Made by a program: the position numbers and the translations under genes. The notes beneath the pieces were generated by a model, which ran no database searches, was not told the origin of the DNA, and saw nothing but the letters and a program-made list of their open reading frames with translations. Positions 20,065 to 29,874 of a stretch of 64,000 nt of DNA are shown here, in pieces. Each line of letters starts with the position of its first letter. The stretch's first letter is position 1. Source of the DNA: Candidatus Omnitrophota bacterium (GTDB taxonomy: Bacteria; Ratteibacteria; UBA8468; MWAK01); NCBI GenBank assembly GCA_043826355.1, contig JBDRQI010000031.1:1-64000 (forward strand), given 5' to 3'.

Positions 20065-20870
20065 AAAAAAGGCCCTCTCTATGGAATGAGTTTGTTAACG
20101 ATGGAAAAGTAGAAACTTGTCCTGTTTATGATATGCACGGACACATGGGGCCTTTTTACGGCGCTTATCTTCCCTTTGCAGATACGGAATCAATGGCAGT
20201 GCGTATGGAAAGAGCCGGGGTGAAAATGCTCGTATTCTGCCATCACGCGGCCCTCTTTGACCCGGATGCCGGCAATACTCTGAACATCAAGGCAATCCGC
20301 AAATTTCCGGATAGGTTCCGGGCCTACTGTGCCGTAAATCCAAACTACCCTGAGACAATTAAAAGAGACTTGAAATCATTTGATAAATACCGGGATGTAT
20401 TCGTCGGATTCAAGTTTCTGTCGGACTATCACCAGGTTGCCCTTACCGATGAAACAAACAAACCGGTTTTTGAATTCGCGGACAGGAATGAATTGCTGGT
20501 GCTCATACATACCTGGGGCGGGTCCCGGTACAACGGTCCGGAACAGGTAAGAAAAATCGCCGAAACATACAGTAAAGCCACCTTAATACTCGGCCATTCG
20601 TGCCACGGGGAATGGGAAAAAGCCATCGCGCTCATGAAGGATTTTCCCAATATTTATCTTGAATTGTGCGCGGTTGTTGACGAAAGGGGAATCCTCGAAA
20701 AGTTTGTTGACAACGTTGGTTCGGAAAAAATTCTGTTCGGGACGGATGTCCCCTGGTTTAATCATCACTATTATATCGGAGCGGTTCTCGGTTCCTGTAT
20801 TTCCGATGACGACTGCCGAAATATCTTCTATCGAAACGCCCGGGTACTGCTGCAAAAATTTTCTTTTTAA
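20061..20870 (+). CDS. Amidohydrolase_2 family protein
   Basis: DMHGH, LIHTW, LGHS, ILFGTDVP. Confidence 0.88.
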   Translation: MKKRPSLWNEFVNDGKVETCPVYDMHGHMGPFYGAYLPFADTESMAVRMERAGVKMLVFCHHAALFDPDAGNTLNIKAIRKFPDRFRAYCAVNPNYPETIKRDLKSFDKYRDVFVGFKFLSDYHQVALTDETNKPVFEFADRNELLVLIHTWGGSRYNGPEQVRKIAETYSKATLILGHSCHGEWEKAIALMKDFPNIYLELCAVVDERGILEKFVDNVGSEKILFGTDVPWFNHHYYIGAVLGSCISDDDCRNIFYRNARVLLQKFSF

Positions 20871-21017
20871 CCTATACTTTACGTTTTTAAGGCAAAGACG
20901 GAATTCAAAAAAAACCCTGTTTGGGCCGGAATAATTTCTGCCCATGGCAAACTCGGGTAACCGCCATCAAAAATTATTTAACGGCAACGTAAATTCTTAA
21001 AAAAGGAGGAATTGTCT

Positions 21018-22052
21018 ATGGCCGGCACATTCCGTTTTTCTTTCGGTCCCTGGAACATCCACGAAGGCGCCGACCCGTTTGGTCCGGCGGTACGCGATTC
21101 TATCGCTTTTGGCAAGAAACTGGGTCTGTACCGGAAACTGGGTTTCGGCGCAGTCCAGTTTCACGATGACGATGCCGTCCCCGGCCTCAACAACCTTACG
21201 CCGGAAAAAATACGCAAAAAAGCCAGAGCGGTTGCGAAACAACTAAAGGACGAAGGGCTGGCAGCCGAATTTGTGGCTCCCAGGCTCTGGGAAGACCCGC
21301 ACACCATTGACGGCGGCTATACCTCCAACAACCCCGCCTGCCGCAAATATGCCCTGGAACGCAGCCTGCGGACAATAGACATCGCCAACCAACTGGGCAC
21401 AAACCTGATTGTCCTCTGGCTGGCGCGCGAAGGCACCTACATCCGTGAAGCCAAGGACAGCAAAGTTGCTGTGGACCGGACCGCAGCCGCCATAGACAAG
21501 ATGCTGACCTACGATAAAAAGATACGGATTGCCATTGAACCCAAACCCAACGAACCGATGGACCACACCTACATCCCGACCACCGGACACGCTATCGCCC
21601 TCTCGTTTCTGACCGGAGACCCTGCCCGGGTCGGCGTCAACATTGAGAGCGCGCACGCCATCCTGGCCGGGCTTGACCCTTCCGACGAAATGGGCCTTGC
21701 GCTTGCTTTTGACAAACTTTGGACTGTTCATCTCAACGACCAGAACGGCCTTAAATTTGACCAGGACAAAACATTCGGCTCGGTTGACCTGCGCCGCGCT
21801 TTCAACCAAGTGCGCGTCCTTGATAAACACGGCTACGGCAAGAACGGTGAATGGGTTGGCCTGGATGTAAAGGCAATGCGCACCCAAAAATCTCCGGCAG
21901 TCAAGCACCTGGCCAACAGCCTTGCTGTTTTCCTGCGCCTGTTAGAAATCAACCGAGGCCTTGAAGACCGTAAGATAGACGCGTTAATCAAAGAACGCGA
22001 CTACGAGGAACTTGACCGCTACATCATGGATAATCTCCTGGGAATAAGATGA
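21018..22052 (+). CDS. Xylose isomerase-like protein
   Basis: FHDDD, IEPKPNEP, NIESAH, HLNDQNGLKFDQD. Confidence 0.85.
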   Translation: MAGTFRFSFGPWNIHEGADPFGPAVRDSIAFGKKLGLYRKLGFGAVQFHDDDAVPGLNNLTPEKIRKKARAVAKQLKDEGLAAEFVAPRLWEDPHTIDGGYTSNNPACRKYALERSLRTIDIANQLGTNLIVLWLAREGTYIREAKDSKVAVDRTAAAIDKMLTYDKKIRIAIEPKPNEPMDHTYIPTTGHAIALSFLTGDPARVGVNIESAHAILAGLDPSDEMGLALAFDKLWTVHLNDQNGLKFDQDKTFGSVDLRRAFNQVRVLDKHGYGKNGEWVGLDVKAMRTQKSPAVKHLANSLAVFLRLLEINRGLEDRKIDALIKERDYEELDRYIMDNLLGIR

Positions 22053-23209
22053 AAAAACACCGGGTTGCGGTTATCGGGACAGGATACATCGGCACAGTCC
22101 ACCTTGAACAGTTGCTGCGCCTGCCGAACGTAGTGATTGCCGGAATCGCGGATAAAAACTCCGGCCTGGCTGTGGAAGCGGCCCGGCGCTACAACATCGG
22201 AAAGATATATCAGAATGCCGCGGAAGCGATAACCGACCGGACAATTGACGTAATCCATAACTGCACGCCGAATAACTTTCACTACGAAATCAACCGGCAA
22301 TCGCTGGAAGCCGGCAAACAAGTCTTCTCGGAAAAACCGCTGGCCCTCTCCGCAAAGGAATCATCGAAACTGATGCGCCTGGCGAAAAAGAACCAAGCGG
22401 TCACCGCCATCAATTTTTGTTACCGGTACTACCCGGTGGTCCAGGAAGCAGCGGTGCGCATAGCCAGAGGGGAAATCGGAACCATTTACAACATCATGGG
22501 CAATTACCTGCAGGACTGGCTCCTCTACCCAACCGATTATTCCTGGCGGCTTGAACCGTCAATGGCCGGCGCCTCTAACATCGTGGGCGACCTGGGCAGC
22601 CACTGGTGCGACCTGGCCCAGTTTGTCTCCGGATTGAAGATTACCGGGGTAATGGCGGAACTGAAAACAATTCTGCCGGTTCGAAAGCGTCCGAAGAACA
22701 AAGAAATCCTGACTTTTTCTACCGCCTCGGATATAGATTACAAAGACGTCAAAATCTCCCTGGACGAATACGGCGCCCTACTCCTGCGTTTTGATAACGG
22801 CGCCTGCGGAACTTTCACCACCTCCCAGTTAGCCGCCGGACGTAAGTGCAATATTGACCTCCAGATTTATGGTTCTGAAAGCTCACTCGCCTGGAACCAC
22901 GAACGTTCTGCGGAACTCTGGATTGGTCACCGGGACGAACCAAACCAAATCTTCTTTGAGTCACCCAACCTCCAGGCGCCGGAGACCAGGCGCTTCGCCC
23001 GGCTTCCCTCCGGCCATCCGATGGGCTACATGGATGCAATCCTGAACCTCTTTAAAGATTTTTATACGGCAATTGAACTTAGAGAAAAGAACAGAAAGCC
23101 GGGTTTCCGACACCCGGATTTTCAGGCCGGACACGAAGAGATGCTCATCCTGGAAGCAGCAATCCGCTCCCGGCGGAAAGGTGCCTGGGCAAAGGTGAAA
23201 AAAGATTAA
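22049..23209 (+). CDS. Gfo/Idh/MocA oxidoreductase
   Basis: IGTGYIG, CTPNNFH, EKPLA, DLGSHWCD. Confidence 0.92.
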   Translation: MKKHRVAVIGTGYIGTVHLEQLLRLPNVVIAGIADKNSGLAVEAARRYNIGKIYQNAAEAITDRTIDVIHNCTPNNFHYEINRQSLEAGKQVFSEKPLALSAKESSKLMRLAKKNQAVTAINFCYRYYPVVQEAAVRIARGEIGTIYNIMGNYLQDWLLYPTDYSWRLEPSMAGASNIVGDLGSHWCDLAQFVSGLKITGVMAELKTILPVRKRPKNKEILTFSTASDIDYKDVKISLDEYGALLLRFDNGACGTFTTSQLAAGRKCNIDLQIYGSESSLAWNHERSAELWIGHRDEPNQIFFESPNLQAPETRRFARLPSGHPMGYMDAILNLFKDFYTAIELREKNRKPGFRHPDFQAGHEEMLILEAAIRSRRKGAWAKVKKD

Positions 23210-23256
23210 CAACCACCGGTAATTTTAAAATGGTCACCGTAAGGAGAAAAACCGAT

Positions 23257-24093
23257 ATGGACAAGTTCAAAATGGCCTATCATTGCATTACCTGGGGATG
23301 GGATAAATACCGCGAGTGCATGAAGTCAATCACCTCCCTCGGATTCCGTGGTTTCGAAACCCTTGCGGCTGCCGCGGATTGGGAGAAGGGCAAGCGCGAC
23401 GACCTGATTAAAGCGTTGAAGGAATATGGTCTTGTATTGGCCTGCACTTATGGTTCGGCGGGTATGATTGAGAAAGAAATTCATAAAGACGATTTTGAAA
23501 GAAACGTTCGTTGGGCGGATTTCGCAGTCACAAATGGGGCGGAGGCTTATATTATTGGAGGCGGTAACCGGCGGGAAAACGGACCGACCGAAAAGGACAT
23601 GGAAAATGCCGCCGAGATTCTGAACCGGATTGGGGAAAAAATTCACACGATGGGAATCAAGGCATGCGTACATCCCCATCTTAATACATTTTGTGAGGGA
23701 CCAAAAGAAGTGGACAAGGTTATGGCTCTCACCGACCCGCGTTACGTGTGGCTGGCGCCGGATACTGCACACCTTCATGCCGGTGGTGCAAACGTACCGG
23801 AAGTATTCCGCAAACACTTTAACCGTATTGCCTATATACACGCAAAAGATACCGTTCACATCCATCCTACAATCGGCCAGGACGTAGGCTCTATGACCAT
23901 CATGGAAGTATTCACGGAATTGGGTAACGGTCGGGTTCCGTTTCCGGAAATATTTAAGATTCTCAGGGAACGGGGATATTCGGGCTGGATTACCACTGAG
24001 CTGGATATGACCCGGCGGACATCAGAAGAAAGTGCCCGCATATCCCGAGATTATTTGCGAAACCAGCTCAACGTGAGTTTTACAGATAAGTAA
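23257..24093 (+). CDS. Sugar phosphate isomerase/epimerase (IolE-like TIM barrel)
   Basis: HPH, DTAH, HAKD, ELGNG, W-x-x-x-ELD; AAGGAG RBS. Confidence 0.85.
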   Translation: MDKFKMAYHCITWGWDKYRECMKSITSLGFRGFETLAAAADWEKGKRDDLIKALKEYGLVLACTYGSAGMIEKEIHKDDFERNVRWADFAVTNGAEAYIIGGGNRRENGPTEKDMENAAEILNRIGEKIHTMGIKACVHPHLNTFCEGPKEVDKVMALTDPRYVWLAPDTAHLHAGGANVPEVFRKHFNRIAYIHAKDTVHIHPTIGQDVGSMTIMEVFTELGNGRVPFPEIFKILRERGYSGWITTELDMTRRTSEESARISRDYLRNQLNVSFTDK

Positions 24094-24257
24094 TGTCGCC
24101 TGGCCCGGTCTGTGAAGTTGCTTTATGGGCCCTGTGAATAAGCGGAAGATAAAAACAAAGGGACTGCAGGGCTCGCAATGACCCATATTTGCGAAAGGCT
24201 TCCGTATTTCCATCTTTCATTTTTCTTAATCAGGAATTATTGGCAGGCAGTTTTTGT

Positions 24258-24287
24258 TGACGGAATAATTTAATTAATGGTAAAATA
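24258..24287 (+). promoter_or_regulatory. Putative sigma70 promoter of hppA
   Basis: TTGACG-18-TAAAAT with an extended TG. Confidence 0.45.
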
Positions 24288-24375
24288 TAGATTTTGATGT
24301 TTTTGCTAAAATAGACTGCTGTTTCAAATAAAGCAACAGCGGAAAAAACTTATAATATTTCAAATAGGGAGGAAG

Positions 24376-26460
24376 ATGGGCTGGATAGGCATAATTCCAA
24401 TTATCGGTACCCTGGTTTGCGTGTTATTCGTCTACTTCTTGATTCGTAAAATCAAGTCCTCGGATGAAGGCGACGAAGCGATGAAGCAGGTTTCTTCCGC
24501 AGTCCGGGAAGGCGCTTTTGCCTATCTGAAACGCCAGTACACCAGCGTGGGGCTCTACGCTGCTTTTTTCTTTGTCATCCTGATTATTATGGAGTTGACC
24601 AACTTCCTGCCTCTTTTTTCCGGAGCCGCCTTCCTTACCGGAACCCTCTGCTCCGCTTTAGCCGGTTTTATCGGAATGAATATCGCCACCCAGAGCAGCC
24701 ACCGCACCACTGCGGCGGCTCGTTATTCCTTAAATGGGGCACTGCGAATAGCTTTCTCGGCCGGTTCGGTTATGGGGCTGACGGTCGTTGGCCTGGCTCT
24801 GGCTAATTTAGGTATCTGGTATCTCATCCTGCATTGGTACTACCGGTTCTGGCCCGAAGCCGAGACGATACGTAAAATCGGCGCTACTTTGTTCTGTGCC
24901 GGAATGGGCGCCAGCGGACAGGCGCTCTTTGCGCGGGTAGGCGGCGGAATCTTCACTAAAGGCGCGGACGTTGGCGCGGACCTGGTCGGCAAAATAGAAA
25001 TCGGCATCCCGGAAGATGACCCCCGGAATCCCGCGGTCATCGCGGATAACGTCGGGGATAACGTCGGAGACATCGTAGGGATGGGCGCCGACCTTTACGA
25101 ATCCTATTTGGGTTCAATCATTGCGGCTATCGCACTTTCGGTCGCAGCCGGCCTTTCTTACAGAGGTGTTGCCCTACCCATGGTTTTTGCGTCCGCCGCC
25201 GCGGTTGCTTCCATTATCGCCACCTTTTTTGTCCGGACCGGTGAAAAAGCCTCGCAGGCACAACTCCTGGCAGCCTTACGCAGGGGCACCTACGGTGCTT
25301 CGGTCCTAACAGCCATCTTTGCCTTTATTTTGGTCCAGGTGATCATGCCGGGTCATTTCGGAATATTTTGGGCGATTATAGCCGGTTTAGTCGGGGGAAA
25401 TCTTATCGGCCTGATTACGGAATATTTTACTTCGGATAATTACCGACCGACCAGACAGGTTGCGGAATCAGCTAAAACCGGTCCGGCAACCGTAATTCTA
25501 TCAGGGATTTCCACCGGTATGTTGTCCACCCTGGCGCCGGTCCTGGTTGTAGTCGTTGCCTGTCTGTCCGCCTATTATCTGGCCGGCGGAAAAAACCTGT
25601 CTGAATTAGGTCTTTACGGCATCGCCATGGCTGCGGTCGGCATGCTCTCTACCTTGGGAATCACCCTGGCAACCGACGCCTACGGTCCGGTAGCAGATAA
25701 CGCGGGCGGAAATGCGGAGATGACCCACCAGAAACCGGAAGTCCGGGATAGAACCGATGCCCTTGATTCGCTGGGAAACACAACCGCTGCCACCGGAAAA
25801 GGGCTTGCCATCGGTTCCGCTGCCCTAACCGCCTTAGCGCTTTTAGTCTCTTTCCGAAACCAAATTACCACGCTTGTGCCGGAAAAATTGACCTTTTCCG
25901 TAATGGATCCCAATCTCATCGCCGGAATATTCATCGGTGCGGTCTTCCCGTTCTTCTTTTGTTCCATGACAATTAAAGCAGTGGGCCGGTGCGCTCAGCA
26001 AATCGTGGAAGAAGTACGCCGGCAGTTCCGCACCATCATCGGCCTTATGGAAGGTAAGGCCAAACCGGACTATGCCCGGGCGGTGGATATCTGTACCCGG
26101 GGCGCCTTAAAAGAGATGATCGCTCCTTCAATTATCACAATCCTCACGCCGATTACGGTAGGAATCTTTTTAGGAGTAGCGGGCGTAATGGGACTTCTGG
26201 TGGGCGTCATCACCTGCGGTTTTGCACTCGCACTCTTTATGGCAAATTCCGGCGCTGCCTGGGATAATGCTAAAAAATACATTGAACGGGGATATTTAGG
26301 CGGCAAAAAGTCTGACCCGCACAAGGCGGCGGTCGTCGGCGATACGGTGGGCGACCCATTCAAGGATACCGCCGGGCCATCCCTGAATATTATGATTAAG
26401 TTACTGGCGATTGTGTCAATCGTCTTTTCTGCCTTTATCGTCAAGTTCAGCCTTTTCTAA
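24376..26460 (+). CDS. hppA: Membrane pyrophosphatase, K+-dependent, probably Na+-translocating
   Basis: DVGADLVGKIE, EDDPRN, DNVGDNVGD, DLYESY, GNTTAA, GDTVGDPFKD. Confidence 0.95.
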   Translation: MGWIGIIPIIGTLVCVLFVYFLIRKIKSSDEGDEAMKQVSSAVREGAFAYLKRQYTSVGLYAAFFFVILIIMELTNFLPLFSGAAFLTGTLCSALAGFIGMNIATQSSHRTTAAARYSLNGALRIAFSAGSVMGLTVVGLALANLGIWYLILHWYYRFWPEAETIRKIGATLFCAGMGASGQALFARVGGGIFTKGADVGADLVGKIEIGIPEDDPRNPAVIADNVGDNVGDIVGMGADLYESYLGSIIAAIALSVAAGLSYRGVALPMVFASAAAVASIIATFFVRTGEKASQAQLLAALRRGTYGASVLTAIFAFILVQVIMPGHFGIFWAIIAGLVGGNLIGLITEYFTSDNYRPTRQVAESAKTGPATVILSGISTGMLSTLAPVLVVVVACLSAYYLAGGKNLSELGLYGIAMAAVGMLSTLGITLATDAYGPVADNAGGNAEMTHQKPEVRDRTDALDSLGNTTAATGKGLAIGSAALTALALLVSFRNQITTLVPEKLTFSVMDPNLIAGIFIGAVFPFFFCSMTIKAVGRCAQQIVEEVRRQFRTIIGLMEGKAKPDYARAVDICTRGALKEMIAPSIITILTPITVGIFLGVAGVMGLLVGVITCGFALALFMANSGAAWDNAKKYIERGYLGGKKSDPHKAAVVGDTVGDPFKDTAGPSLNIMIKLLAIVSIVFSAFIVKFSLF

Positions 26461-26500
26461 AACGGCTGTATTCTCGGCGGTCTCTTAAACAGGATAAATT

Positions 26501-26701
26501 ATGGGAAAGAAATGCGCTGTTTGCGGAAAACACCAAAAACCCGGAATGATGTTAAGCCATTCCCACCACCGGACCAACAGATTCTTCGGGGCTAATCTTC
26601 AAAAAGTTCGAACCACGATCGGTCGCATACTGGTCTGCACCGGCTGCCTGAAAAGCGGTAAGGTAACCAAACCCACTGCGCCCCCGGAAAAATCCGCCTG
26701 A
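26501..26701 (+). CDS. rpmB: 50S ribosomal protein L28 (Zn-binding type)
   Basis: CAVCGK...SHSHHRTNR...NLQKV...VCTGCLKSGKV. Confidence 0.92.
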   Translation: MGKKCAVCGKHQKPGMMLSHSHHRTNRFFGANLQKVRTTIGRILVCTGCLKSGKVTKPTAPPEKSA

Positions 26702-26719
26702 ACCAAAACGGACCGGGAA

Positions 26720-27140
26720 CAACCCTGTTAAGTTCTGTTGCTCATGGTCTACCGGTTAACCCTGATTACGGTGCGGTAAATCTATTCTCTTCGTGCTGAA
26801 AAGAAACCTGGTTTCTGACCTGAAACTCCCCTAATTTTGCCGCCAGTTCTGTTTTCCCTGATTCCCATATCCGCCGGCAGTCTTACCGTGAAGTTCCATT
26901 AATTCTCTTAAGGAAAGATTTTATTTAAATATTCATGACAATTTTTTAATACCCGGTGAGTATCCCTGGTCAAGAAAAATCCAAGCCGGAAGTGGTAATA
27001 TGGAAACCGAAAAGACGCTGATAAATATCGGTAATCTTGTTGTAAGAAAAACCGATTTGATAGTGGAAAAAGCGGGATACGGTGACTGCCTCCGGTCCTA
27101 AATAACTTTTTGGGCATCTCCCTTTTGCCGATACCGGCGA
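26720..27140 (-). pseudogene. Degraded IS66-family transposase remnant
   Basis: Fragment PKSYLGPEAV...HYQIGFSYNKITDIYQRLFGFHITTSG resembles the IS66 TnpC core; stops follow. Confidence 0.55.
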
Positions 27141-27302
27141 CCTGATTCTTACATCTTTGGCTTGAAATGGTTCTTGCTTTTCAACGTTTCGTAGTTTTAT
27201 TTGACCGATGGGTAAAAACGTGATACGCTTTAATCTGATTAGATTAGACCGGTTTGCAACGACAATTTCTCTGTTTCTGGCTAATAAGACACATGCATTG
27301 AA

Positions 27303-29861
27303 ATGGGGGTAATCGGACAGATGAATACGATTCTCAACGGCAAGTGGGAATTCCAATGGGCACCTGTTACTTCGCAAATATCAATATCCGGGCTGGATTT
27401 AAACTGGCTTCCGGCTAAGGTGCCTGGAGACGTACATCTGGACATGATGGCGAATGGTCTCCTGAAGGAACCTCTGAATGGTTTGGCCTCATTTGAAGCC
27501 GAGAACATAGAAGACAGGGTATGGTTTTATCGTAAAATTATTGACTTCAAGCGACCCACGGAGATCTTTTTGGCAAGGTTGGTTTTTGAAGGGTTGGATT
27601 GTGTTGCGGATATATACCTGAACAGCAAACATCTCGGTAAGACTGAAAACGCATTTGTGCCTCATACTTTCGACGTAACCGATCTGCTTGCAAATGGTCA
27701 AAATACAATCTTGATTAAGATCAGCAACGGATTGGAAACGATTGCCTCAAAGGAACTGGCCAGATATCTAGCTAAGGAAAAGGCTTTCCACAGAATCTGG
27801 CTCAGAAAACCGCAGTTTTCGTTTGGTTGGGATTGGGCACCAAGACTCATCACTTGTGGAATCTGGAGAGATGTCAGGTTGGAAGTCACTACGGCGGGAT
27901 TCATCGATGATGTTTTCGCAAAGCCGATTCTTTCCCGGGGTGCCAAGAGGGCAAACGTAAAGTACAGTTTCGAATTTATCCCGGCAAGCATAGCTTCATT
28001 ATCCGCAGAGGCGACCGTTCGAATTCTCGATAATAATCGAACCGTAACCTGCCATAAAGTCAAGCTGAAGAAAGGAACTGTCAGAGATAAGTTGGTTGTC
28101 CAAAACCCTCAACTTTGGTGGCCCGCAGGAGAAGGTAACCAGAAGTTGTACGAACTTGAGATAACCGTGCCAGGGAGAGAGGAAAATACCGTCTGCAGAA
28201 CAAAGTTTGGAATCAGGCGGTTAAGAGTAGTTGAAAAATTCGTCAAAGAAGGCGGCAAGACGTTTGCCTTTGAGGTTAACGGCAAAATAGTTTTTTGCAG
28301 GGGTGCAAACTGGGTGCCGGCAGATTCTATAGTTGCCCGGGTGGACAATGCCAAAATTGACACCTTGTTAGAAGAGGCAATTTGCTGCAACTTTAACATG
28401 CTCCGGGTCTGGGGAGGAGGTATTTATGAGGGCAGGCACTTTTATCAACGGTGTGATGAATTAGGCATCATGATCTGGCAGGATTTTATGTATGCCTGCG
28501 CATTATATCCCGATGACGACGAGGTTTTCTTAAAAAATTGCGCTTCGGAAACAGTAAAAATTATCAAACTCCTACGTAACCATCCGTGCATTGTTCTATG
28601 GTGTGGTGAAAACGAAATTCATGATGCATATTTCGACGTCTATCAACCCGGGGGCGCAAATCACCTATACGGCAGTAAGATATGGGATGAGGTCATCCCG
28701 GACGCGCTGAGAAGATTGGCGAAAGGCGCAATTTACAGACCGGCAAGCCCCTGGGGAGGTAGTTACGCCAGGAGCGAAACAGAAGGAGATTCTCATAACT
28801 TAGGGGTGAATCTAACCCAGGAAGAGGCCACAGATATACATATGGCTACTCATTCCGTCGGCCGATTTATGAGCGAATTCTATACGTGGACTTCTCCTCC
28901 CGACATGGTTTCCATGAAACGTTTTCTCCCTGATGACCAGCTCTATCTGGGTTCAAAAGCCTACATCCATCATGCAAACACAATGTTTGAGAGTCGGGAA
29001 AAGATGGGTGCAACACGCTATATCACGAAAAATCCAGAAGGTCTGCCGATGGAAATCTATATCCATGCAACGCAGCGGCTGCACGGTCAGCACATGGCCG
29101 CTCTGGTAGATGCGTATAGAAGGAATCTCTCGATTTGCGGCGGAGTGTTGTTCTGGATGTACAATGACTGCTGGCCAACGTCGTCGTGGACAACGCACGA
29201 CTATTATGTGCGTCGTAAAGCGCTATTTTATTACATAAAACGTGCCTTCGCTCCTGTCACCGTTTTTTACAAGGAAGAAGATAGCGCTCTTTCTGTTTGG
29301 GTCAGTAACCTATCGAATTATAAATTCAGCGGTAGCATACGCTACGGGAGATACGGCTTTTCTGAAGGAAATGCCCGGTGCGAATATAAAAAGAAGATCG
29401 TTGTGCAGTCTCGCGCCTCGATTAAAATCGGCTTTTTCTACACTACGTTAACATGGCCATGGGAGAATCTCGCTTCGTTCGCCTACGCATCTCTTAAAGA
29501 TACTGAAGGCAAAACAGTTGCCAAAGCCAGCAGATTATTCTCTTCCTGCAAGGGGTTAAGCGGAGAAGAGTTTCATTTCAGCCCGAACTACTGGGCACAT
29601 AAATCACTTCAATCGCCACAGATACATGTTGATTCGGTTTCAAAGAACTCCGTTAAGGTTTTAACTGATGTTCCGGCTTTCAGTGTGCACGTTGAAGCGG
29701 ATGAATATCTGCCGGACGACAATTTTTTCGACTTGATGCCCTGGGAAGAAAAAGTCGTCCGGTTCGCGAAGGAAATTCCGAATATAGACATTAAAGTTAA
29801 CACACTTAATGATGTCATTCTTTTTTTGAGAGATAATTTTAGGAAGGATACGCAGAAGTGA
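27303..29861 (+). CDS. Glycoside hydrolase family 2 (beta-mannosidase-like)
   Basis: FEGLD, RKPQFSFGWDWAP, GANWVP, NMLRVWGGG, WQDFMYAC, WCGENE, SEF. Confidence 0.93.
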   Translation: MGVIGQMNTILNGKWEFQWAPVTSQISISGLDLNWLPAKVPGDVHLDMMANGLLKEPLNGLASFEAENIEDRVWFYRKIIDFKRPTEIFLARLVFEGLDCVADIYLNSKHLGKTENAFVPHTFDVTDLLANGQNTILIKISNGLETIASKELARYLAKEKAFHRIWLRKPQFSFGWDWAPRLITCGIWRDVRLEVTTAGFIDDVFAKPILSRGAKRANVKYSFEFIPASIASLSAEATVRILDNNRTVTCHKVKLKKGTVRDKLVVQNPQLWWPAGEGNQKLYELEITVPGREENTVCRTKFGIRRLRVVEKFVKEGGKTFAFEVNGKIVFCRGANWVPADSIVARVDNAKIDTLLEEAICCNFNMLRVWGGGIYEGRHFYQRCDELGIMIWQDFMYACALYPDDDEVFLKNCASETVKIIKLLRNHPCIVLWCGENEIHDAYFDVYQPGGANHLYGSKIWDEVIPDALRRLAKGAIYRPASPWGGSYARSETEGDSHNLGVNLTQEEATDIHMATHSVGRFMSEFYTWTSPPDMVSMKRFLPDDQLYLGSKAYIHHANTMFESREKMGATRYITKNPEGLPMEIYIHATQRLHGQHMAALVDAYRRNLSICGGVLFWMYNDCWPTSSWTTHDYYVRRKALFYYIKRAFAPVTVFYKEEDSALSVWVSNLSNYKFSGSIRYGRYGFSEGNARCEYKKKIVVQSRASIKIGFFYTTLTWPWENLASFAYASLKDTEGKTVAKASRLFSSCKGLSGEEFHFSPNYWAHKSLQSPQIHVDSVSKNSVKVLTDVPAFSVHVEADEYLPDDNFFDLMPWEEKVVRFAKEIPNIDIKVNTLNDVILFLRDNFRKDTQK

Positions 29862-29874
29862 CGTCTGTTCTATA

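Noticed and set aside
24094..24250. Short minus-strand ORFs and hairpins between the IolE-like gene and hppA
   Set aside because: No recognisable protein or RNA motif.
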